Source of the DNA: Octopus vulgaris
Lineage: Eukaryota
Length of the DNA stretch: 64,000 bases
Reading direction: 5' to 3'
Assembly: GCA_951406725.2 (NCBI GenBank)
Contig: OX597817.1
Span: 35,340,001-35,404,000, forward strand
This document shows positions 13,817 through 24,500 of the stretch, piece by piece. Within the stretch, counting starts at the first letter, position 1; every line of letters begins with the position of its first letter. The position numbers and the translations under genes are program-made. A model generated the notes under the pieces. The model was not told the DNA's origin and did no database searches. It saw only the letters and a list, made by a program, of their open reading frames with translations.

Positions 13817-14141
13817 ATGGATAAAGAAAGTCGGAGTCTTGTGCAAGAGGAAAATTCTGTATGTAATTATGAAAGCAACCTTGCTGATACTTCACAGACA
13901 TCTTCCATTGATGAAAATCAACAAAGCTTCAAAGTCTATAAGAGACGGTGGTACATTCTATCCCTGTTTGCATTTTTTGCATTTACCCAGTCTCTCCACT
14001 GGAATACTTGGCCTCCTATTGCTCAAACAACTAATGAATTGTTTGGTTGGACAATTAGCAATGTTGCTTTACTCACTAACTGGGGACCAATCACATATAC
14101 TGTTTGTGCTTTACCTATATCTTGGGTGATAGAAACTAAAG
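13817..14141 (+). CDS. SLC49A4: SLC49A4-like coding exon 1 (MDKESRSLV...WVIETK-G)
   Basis: Acceptor tttttctttgcatttag ends at 13797, so an upstream exon exists that I did not locate. ATG at 13817, donor G|gtaaga, phase 1. Contains VYKRRWYIL and WNTWPPI. Confidence 0.9.
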
Positions 14142-17100
14142 GTAAGATATTACTTTTGTAATTATATTTTCAATTTTGTTTTATAATGGTTTGATAGGCC
14201 ACAGAGGATCATAAAAACGGTGCATAAATCCCAATGCTTGTTTATTACAGGTAACATTATCAAAATGTCTGGAACTAATTAATCACATGTAGGTGAACTG
14301 AAGTATATAGATTGGCACTCCATTGGTTATGACGATGAGGGTTCCAGTTGATCTGATCAACAAATTAGCCTGCTTGTGAAATTAATGTGTAAGTGGCTGA
14401 GCACTCCACAGACACGCATACTGTTGTCAGGGAGATTCAGTGTGACACATAATAGGATAAAGCTGGCCCTTTGAGATACAGGTACTACTCATCTTTGCCA
14501 GTTGAGTGAACTAGAGTAATGTGAAATAAAGTGCGCTGCTGGTTTTTGAACTCATGACCTTACAATAGTGATCCAAATACCCAAACCACTAACCCACGTG
14601 CCTTTACTTGAAGCATATAAAAACAAAAATAAATACCACAAACATTTCGTTTGATGCTCCACTTATTCTTCCATGCAATACCCTAATAATACAGCTGATA
14701 GTAATGATTGCTAAGAAATGCATCAAGTTCACAAATTATGAAGGAGTGGGTATAATTGATCTGACTGACTTCAGCACTTCAGCTTTTACTTTATTAAGTG
14801 TGTTATTCAGGGACTTAAAGTAATGCCTGCGGCAGACCTGATCTCTCATCACATTATTTGGTCAATCAAATATACTTTGTCTACTCAGCCACTTCACTGT
14901 CATTGCATCTCATCATCATTTAACATCCATAATCTGGTTTGGGTCAGATAATTTGACTGGAGCTGGTGAGTCAGAGAGCTATACCAGACTCCATTGTCTG
15001 CTTTGGCATGGCTTCTACAGCTGGATGCCCTTCCTAATGTCTATCACTTTACAGAGTGTACTGGGTCTTTTTAATGTGGCACCAACATTGGTGGAGTTAC
15101 CAAGTAACTTGCAAGGCAAAGACCCTTGACTGGGGGTGGAAGTAGTTTTTGAGGGAAGTGGCTTTGTGCCAGTTGAGAGGTTAAAGTATAATAGAGGAGT
15201 AGTAAAAGGTGTCTTGCTATAAAGGAGATACTTGGCTACCCCAGCTGGAAGAGAAAGGAGAGAAAAGAGAAATAGAGTTAGAGAGTAAGATAGGCAGACA
15301 GAGTGATAGAGGGTTGCATATCTTCATTCCGCTTTCTTCTCTTCACTCAATAGAAAGTTATGTGGTTAACTTTGCTCTGCATCCTTCTGAAGCTTGATAA
15401 AATGAGTACTAGTCCTGGGTGGTGGACTCACTGAATTGATAGAATATAAATAGGATATCTTGCAGTAGTTATTCTATGTTTTTTTGCATTTTGATGGACT
15501 TACCTGTGTGGTTAGACTTAACTTGTCACCTGTAACTCTGTCACCTGGTCCTTAAGTACCTTTAGCAGAGTCCAGTCTATTGCAAGGATTCAGGTCAGGT
15601 CTCTAATTTGAGGATCCCTTGCTTCCTCCCACCAGTCTTAGAGGCCCTGTAAAGAATTATGAGCATTGCTCTTTCTCTTGATTTAGCAATAAAATGAAAT
15701 GAAATAAAAATTTCTAGAAGAGGCCTTCAATAAAAACTATCAAGCCAGTCTTCTGAAAGTTTGTTGATTTTTAATGAAGGTTTGTTGTGTCTGAAAATAT
15801 CCTTGTTTCCAGTTTATTGTTTACACCAGAGGCTGGCAAATTTCTTCATAACTTATTGACTCCAATCATGTAAATTTCTAAATTAAAATTAAAAGAATAA
15901 GAAATTTTTTTATTTATACTCAATAATTCTTTTGTTCTTTTGTGTCATTGCTACTTTTTAATAAGAAATATTTAAAGAAATTTAATAAAAATACTTGATG
16001 AAATCAGTCAAAACAATAAAAATAGAGTTGTAATATATTGATATGGTTGGAGTATCAACCCCTTGATATAATTGTAGTATCAATCCACATAGACCCCCAC
16101 ATCCAAGGGTCAATAATAATTACTTTGCTGACTACTGGTTTACACTGTCTCTGTATGCTTTCATTTGGACTGTTTCTCAGAAAAGTATTTTTCCCAATTT
16201 ATTTGAATTTCTACTCAAGTCATACTATATGATCTATCTTCTTGCTGATTAATGTTACCTGAATTATCTAATCTCCACTTAAAATATTTCTAACATTTTA
16301 GTTAATATTTTAAAATGTCTCCTTGTATTTTTTTTTTAAGGACTCCGGACAACATGCCTCATCACTTCTTTATGTCTTTTCCTTGGATCTGGTATCAGAA
16401 GCATCACATTAAAGACCCCATACGTTTATTGGTAAATCATTTTCTTTCGATTGTCTGTCCAGTACTTACTCCAAAAGTTGTGCAGGTTGTGCAAGCCATA
16501 AACGAGAATTCTGCTAGGAAGGTTACAAATTGTAGTGAATTTAGTGAGGAATTTAGTGTACAGGTTGATGTTTCACAAGGGTTCTGTCTTCAGGTACCAC
16601 CTGTTATTTATTATAATTTTTATGACTACAGAAAGATTTTTGGATTGATTATTTTTTGTGTGTATGTTTGTGGGGAGGTGGGGTGGCATGAGAATGCTGA
16701 TAATCTAGTTTGCATAGCAAAAGAGTTGTAGCAAAATCCTATAATCCTGAAGCACAGACTACAATCCAAAACACTGAAGGTTCTCATAGTAAAGAACAAA
16801 GTTCTAATCAATAGGAAAAAATCTCATCTCATAAGTAGCTTTTGGATATTCAATGCATATAATCATCATCATCATCATCGTTTAACATCTGCTATCCATG
16901 CTAGCATGGGTTGGACGATTTGACTGAGGACTGGCGAACCAGATGGCTGCACCAGGCTCCAATCTGATCTGGCAGAGTTTCTACAGCTGGATGCCCTTCC
17001 TAATGCCAACCACTCCGAGAGTGTAGTGGCTTCTTTTACATGCCACCAGCATGAGGGCCAGTCAGGCAGTACTGGCAATGGCCACGCTCAAGTGGTGTTT

Positions 17101-17924
17101 TTTACGTGCCACCTGCACAGGAGCCAGTCCAGCGGCACTGGCAATGACCTCGCTCAAATGTTTATAATGGGTTCACAAAAGGTAGAGTGGGATCCTTCGG
17201 CAGGCTGACACTCTAGAAGTAATTAACAGTGGGAGTGTCCATAAAATGGAGGTTGTTGTAGGGTAAGCAAAGGGTAGAACAGTTATAGAAACTATTGCTT
17301 CTGTTGACAACAAAGGATTTCTATCTGTGGCAAGAAGTATTCTGTAGGAAGTATGAATATAAATATGGTGCATGGTAGTGTGACATGAGCATAAAATATG
17401 GGAGATTCATTCATTATCATCATTTTAACATCAGCTTTCCCATATTTGCATGGATCAGATGAAATTTGTTGAGACAGGTTTTCTATGACTGGATGCTCTT
17501 CCTGTCAGTACCCCTCACCTGTTTCTAAGTAGGGTAATATTTTCTTGTGACCAGACTTGTTTCACACAATATTGGAACTGAACAACACTGCTTTATAATA
17601 ACCCTGTTCATTTACAACTATGGCACAATGTCAAAACAATTATGTGTCACACTGAATCTCCCTGACAACAGTATGCGTGTCTGTAGAGTGCTCAGCCACT
17701 TGCACATTAATTTCACAAGCAGGCTGATTTGTTGATCGGATCAACTGGAACCCTCATCATCATAACCAATGGAGTGCCAGTCTATATACTTCAGTTCACC
17801 TACTTATGATTAATTAGTTCCAGAAATACATACATACATACATACATACATACATACATACATACATACATACATACATACATACATACATACAAACATG
17901 CATGCATGGGGGTGTGTGGTTATA

Positions 17925-17970
<46 letters not shown>

Positions 17971-20900
17971 CATTGTGTATAGTGCTCAGGTGCACTACAA
18001 CTCATCTAAAGTGTATGTATAATCAGGTGTAGTTTTGGCGGATTTCGGAAAGCACGAGGGCCCTAAAGGATGCAGTGTCATGGCAGTCAACAACCGACGC
18101 AGGCAGTTTGTTCCATGCTTCAGCAACTCTGAGCGTGAAAAAATGTTTCCGAAAGTCATGGGAGCTGTGTTGTTTTCTGACTTTGTAGGCATGTCCACGT
18201 GTGTTGGACACATGGAGATCAAAAAGGTGTTCAGTGTTGTTGTTGGTGAGGTGGTTGATAACTTTGTGGGTGTTTACCAAGTCCATCGCCAGACACCGGA
18301 GCTTCAGTGAATCCATGCCCAGGGAAACAAGGTGCTCAGAGTATGGTAGGTGTCTGATGGAGGGTATGCGTTTGGTTGCACGTCTCTGAACAGATTCCAG
18401 GAGATCAATGTTCCAAACTGATGATGCGAATTCCAAGTGTGGTCGTACCATAGCTGTGTACAGCTTTAAATAGATGGCTGGAGAGCGGCTAACAAAAGTC
18501 TTGCTGAGTGATGCCAAGACACCCTCGGCCTTCTAGACAATTTTAGAGATATGCTTTGTCCAACGCAAATCACTGCTGACAGTGATGCCTAGGTCACGCT
18601 CGCAAGAGGATTTCTTGATATCAGTGTTGTGGAGGGAGTATGTGGACGCAGGGTTTTTTCTCCCAAAATGCATGGTGGTACACTTGTCCACAGCCAGTTT
18701 CAGTTGCCAGTCTGTGATCCATTGCTGCATTGTGTCCAGGTCTGATTGCAGGAAAGAGCTGTAGACAACAGGATCTGTCCTCTTGATTTCAAGGTACAGC
18801 TTGATGTCGTCTGCATATTTCAATACTGTGGCATTCTTTAAATTGGCATCTATGTCATTAATGTATGCCACAAACAAGAGGCGACCAAGAACAGATCCCT
18901 GTGGTATACCCGATGACATCTCATATGGTGTAGAATGCTGTCCTAGAACTGTGACTACCTCCTTTCGGTTGAGAATGAAGGATTTCAACCAGTTAAAAAG
19001 ATCATCCCTCACACCCATTGCAGAGAATTTCACCATAAGCCTTTTGTGTGGCACAGAGTTGAAAGCCTTAGCAAAGTCAAGGTAGACAACATCCACCCAT
19101 GAGCCACTGTCAGTGATCTGAGTAATGTCCTCAAGGAACTCGACAAGCTGATCACTGCAGCTGGAGTTAGGGACAAATCCATATTGTGAGGGTCGGATGA
19201 GACTGTGAGAGCTCCAGAAGTTCCAAAGTGTTTCTCTGACACACGATTCCATCAGTTTTGCAATACAGCTAGTGAGACTGACTGGGCGATAGTTGACAGG
19301 TGATGTGCGGTCGCCCTTTTTGAACAGAGGAATGACACTGGCAGTTTTCCACTGCTCCGGAGTAGCACCATTGTTGAGACAGTACTGGAAAAAAATAGAA
19401 AGCTGGTGTAAAAGGAAGTACCTGCCACGTTTGAGAAGCAGGTATGTAACTCCATCAAGACCAGGGGAGGCATAGTTGCGCTTATTTTGAAGGTGACGTC
19501 GCAGCATTGCAGGTGTAAATTCCATAGTTGTTATGGAATTTGCTGTTAGAGATGGTGAAGATGGTACATTTTGATTTTCAACAGTGAATATGTTTGCATA
19601 GCACTCGGCAATGAGTTCTACGCATTCCTTGGGATCGTCAGTGATCTGGTTTGTGTGAGGGTTGTGAAGAGGGCCCACTGGAGAGTGATGTCTCTGCTTC
19701 AAATGCACATATCTGCAGAAAACCTTGCTGTCAGGATTGGCTGCTATGCACTGTTCAAATTCAAGCACTGCGTTTTTTGTCACTTGCTTGAGATGGTTTG
19801 AAGATTTATTCCGCTTCTTCCTGTTGGTGTCTGATTTATGCAACTTGTATTCTTGTTCAGCAGTCCGACGTTCCTTCCTGGCAAGTCGGACCGCTGAAGT
19901 TTCCCAAATTGCACTTTTGGGGCGGTTCTTCTTTTTCTGTTTACGTGGCACTGATGCTGCACATGCTGCCCATATTGAGTCCAGGATACTCTGGAGTATA
20001 GTATTCACATCTCCAGAGTTGTAAAATTCACGCCAGTTTGGGTGCTGTAATTCAGTGTGGTACAGGTTCCAATCTGCTCTCTTCTAATCGAAGGAAGCAG
20101 ATTGGAGATGGTTCAGGTTTTTGTTGTTGCCCGCAAGAGCCAGATTGGCGATGATCATAGCATGATCAGAGTCGCCTAGAGGTTCCTCCGTAGTACAATT
20201 GATAACCGCTTCAGGAGTTGTGGTGAAGAGCAGGTCCAAGGTGTTGTCGCCTCTTGTTGGAGAGGTGACTACTTGTGACCAGTTTGAGTCCAGTACAAGC
20301 TCAATGAAATCGTTTGCACTCTGTGGCCAATGGAAGGTTTCCCAGTTGATCTCAGGATGATTGAAATCGCCTACAATAAAAACATAAGTGGCTGTTTTCC
20401 TGGCAGCAGCTCGGAGGATATCGCAAAGCTGAGTGTCTTGATGGTAATTTGGGGGACAATAAACAACGGCAAGCAGGAGTGTTGACACGGTCATACGTAT
20501 GTCAGAGAAAAAAACTTCTTCTTGTGATTCGTTCAAATCAGCACAAGGAATTACCGAAAAATTTGAACGAACGTAGACCATCACACCACCACCACGGCGG
20601 TTAATGCGGTCCTTGCGGAAAAGGTTGTACCCAGTAATGTTGAAAACCCCATCACAGAGTAAGGAATGTGCCCATGTTTCCGTGACTGTGATGAAGTCAG
20701 GGTCAATACTTCTGACGTAGGAGTTGAACAGATGTATTTTGTTGCATAAACTGCGAGCATTTAAGGACAACAATTTGTACCCTGCTTGCAGTTTATGATG
20801 GTGTGTAGAGGATGGCAGGTTGTTCTGGTTTAGTTTCCCAGAGTTGCTGTAGTTTTTTTTCCATTTTCAGTTATTGTGGGTAGAGAGCACTCAGACCAGC

Positions 20901-21472
20901 TGGTATCTCTCTTCCACGTTTCACCAGTCTTAATAAATCTCCAGATTTGTCCATCTTCACAAAGACTGAAACTTTCTTGTAGAGCTGAGTTCCGGTTCAG
21001 GGAAGCCGCTACACGTAGCTTCGGACGTACATCGGGTGGTAAGCCTGGGCGTGTTTGGAAGGTAGTCCGATTTTCACGCCCAGCTTTAACTGAGGCCAGA
21101 TGGTATGAGGTTGCCTCAGCGTGGTCTGAAAAAGACAGCTTGATGAGCCTGGGTTTTGGGCCAGGTTGTCCAAGGCGGAGAGCACCCGTTGGGGGAACGC
21201 AGCCTAGGTCTTTGGCTGAGTTGGCAGCAAATGGCTGAAGATCAGCCATGTCTTCTGGCACCCCAATGGCAATAACTTCGTGGGTAGCAGAATCCGCGGT
21301 CTTAGATGCGGCAAGAGGTACAGGGAGGTTCTTTAACAGAGCATTCCGATAAGACCCCTCATTGTGGGGTCCTACCTGAATGCTTGCTTTTATTCCTGCT
21401 ACTTCCCCTCTTAAAGCACAAATCGATTGTTGCAGTTCTGCAAGAACCGCACTGGTCAATTGGTGTTGTTGG

Positions 21473-21503
<31 letters not shown>

Positions 21504-21554
21504 GCTGCTGCTCTAGTTGTGGTTGATTTTGTTGTTGCTGCTGTTGTTGTTGAT

Positions 21555-21588
<34 letters not shown>

Positions 21589-24500
21589 CTGCTGCTCTAG
21601 TTGTGGTTGATTTTGTTGTTGCTGCTGTTGCTGTTCCGCCTCCTCCATGGGAGTTGCAGGGGGAGACACAATCGTCGGTAGTGGAGGCACGCAGGCCTGA
21701 CACTGAAAAGTCCAAGATTTAAGCTGAACCATCTTCCAGAGTCCATCCATCATAGCATTTTGATGGCTCTTTTTTTGGCCTGGGATCTTCTGAAAGTCCG
21801 TGGCACATTGGAGGCAGACAGAGTTGAGACATGTCCCACATTCGACCCAGCGATTACGGAACGTATTTTCGGGTTCCGTACAGATGTGGCAGGTGTGATT
21901 TTCTGGGCAGTGTTCTATTTTGGAGCAGCGACCAGTCTTATCGCACTCCACTATGGATTCCACCATGGCGATTTTGTTGCTTCTGCTCATCCGTAGAGAC
22001 ATAAAATGTAAACAACAATATGATAAAAGTAAAATATTTGTTTTTGATTCGTTCTTTTTTTGTGTATATTCCTTTTGTTCTTAAATATTGTGTGTGTATA
22101 TACACATGTTTCGTTCTTTTTTATGAAGTTTGCTTCTCAGCCACACAATTTTGGGTTCACTCCCAGTGCGTATCACCTTGGGTACCTGTCTTCTACTATA
22201 GCTGCAATCTGATAAAAGCCTTGTGAATGGATTTGATAGACAGAAACTGAAAGATACCTATTGTGAATGTGTATCTGTGTGTGTGTGTGTGTGTGATTGT
22301 ATCTCGTTGTCTTGACAACATGTGGTTGTTATAAATGAATCATACACACAGTGTATTTCCAATATTCTATGTAAACATGTCTGGCCATAGACAAATATTA
22401 CCTTGCTTGGAAACAAGTGATGGTTGATGACAAAAAGGGCATCTGACCATAGAAATTTGCCTCAGTAAACTTTGTCTGATCTTTGCAAGCATAGAAAAGT
22501 GAATATTAAAATGCTTGATGTACCATATGCTGTCAATGGAAGGGAGTTGTAGTATAGGAAGAGCAGACAATGCGTGGGAAGAAGTGAGGTCAGATTTGGG
22601 TGTCATGTCTCTTGGAAAAGAGACTAAAAATTAAGAGGGTTTGATTTATAGTGTATGGTAGAATCAGCCACCCTAACATGAAAGGAATAGGAATTTAAAA
22701 TGATTAAGACATATATAACCTTATTTTGGAATTAAACTTAACATTAGTCACTAGTGGGGCCAAAAGTGTAAAGTATTGTCCGAGTGCACGATGTCCTAAA
22801 TGACCAGTGATGGTCTTGCTTGGTCACAAATGAACAGCCATCATCATCATGTATATATGAATACCTCTAGCTGCTTCCATACCACAGTTTCACTGTAGTG
22901 TATTAAAATTTAGACATAGTGATCTTCAGCATACTTTCCTTGTAGTGTTGACATTAGTTTTATTTTTTCTGTTCATTGTCGGTGTGAAATGGTCCATGAT
23001 ATAATGTTTTGCAGTTAAACATAGTTTACACTATTCTGAACTGTTGCTGAATGGAGTAGGTCTGTTCAACCTAGACCATGAAATGTTGGTAGATTAACCC
23101 ATATTTTATTTCTTTTTACCTGATCTTTGAGTAGAATATAGTATTTTCTTTGTGACTGTGTTTAAAATGTGTTGTGTTGGTATTGTCAGTTCTTAGATGA
23201 GTTTTTAATATAATAAACTTAAATAATATCCAAAGTGATCTTAATTTTATTTTTATTTAGGCTCAGTAATGTGGGTCAAATCATAATTGGCTTTTCAGCT
23301 CCATTTACAATCTCAGCCTCCACAGCTTTGTCCTCAGCTTGGTTTCCAATGCATCAACGCTTCACAGCAACTGCCATTGCTAATGTGTTTCTTACTCTAG
23401 GTGCTTCAGGAAGTTTGTTTGTTGGTAAGTTAGTCTCTTATCTTTAATCTCCCTTGCTTTCAAAGCTTACTTATTGTTTGTTTGTTTGTTCATTTTAATG
23501 CTGTTTTCTTTCATTTGTCAAGGTCCATTGATTGTGTCTACAAATGCCTCCCTTAGCAACAGTACTTCTAACCACAGCAGGTGAATATTGTTTTTTTTTT
23601 TCACTCAGGTGTCAAAAGTCTACTAAAAAAGTAAGGTATGCAGCAACAGAATTAGTTGAATCAACCCTAGTATATTCATTTGTGGTTTTGTTTTGTAATT
23701 GGTGAGGGAGAAAATAAATTTAAATTCATTGTATGCCACATCTCTCTCTGGTTGACTCTCTCTGGTTCTCACTCACACACTAAATCTCACATGTGCTGGT
23801 TCCCAGTGCCACACTAGTACACTATCTTAGCTGATGAGCTAAAGGACATTATGGGCTGGTATTGACACAGCACCACTAAGTGGATTGAGGAGGTGCCCCT
23901 AAAGCCAGAGTGGAGGAATCTCAAGAAGACTGTCTGTATTTGAAGGCAACCCACACTATACTTCGTTGACCTTGGCTAACAGTCAATAGAGACAACTCCA
24001 CTTACAGTCTCTTTCCCAAACACAAGTGATTGGGCTTTTGGCTTGCACCCTGTCCATGGAAGAACTTCAAGCTACGGAAACAGTTCAAAGAGCAAAAACA
24101 TAGCAGTCAAGGCAATGGTCATTTCCTGCAGGGGGACAGTATGTTGAATTGAAAGTGGGTGCAGACTGCTCCAGCTGGGTTACTTTGACTGTTTCATGTG
24201 TTGCTTGATGTTGGTGCACCTAAATTTGAGGAAGTACAGTCCTACTATATGCTGTACAATTTTCTACTCGGTCATTTTAAAGTAAATATGTTTCACGGAA
24301 TATAAAATTCAGGTTTCAAAAATCTTTCTCTCTCTCTGCTCATGCTCATGCTTGATGGGTTTGAGGTTATCCCATGTTAGTGGTCCCAGAGACATCATCA
24401 TGTGTAGAGCCAACCAGTGCCCCCTCCCCCCATTACTGGCAGTCCCATGCCATGCAGTGGGACTGAACCCAAAACTACATGGTCCCAAAGCAAGCTTCTT

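Larger units (their letters stand above)
17924..22120 (-). mobile_element. Near full-length CR1-type LINE, antisense in coding intron 2
   Basis: ORF1 plus an APE-RT ORF2, short 3'UTR and (TTA)n tail at 17925-17968. It splits a tRNA-SINE head (tgtgtggtta | tgaagtttgcttctcagccacac), with a possible ttat duplication. Confidence 0.9.
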
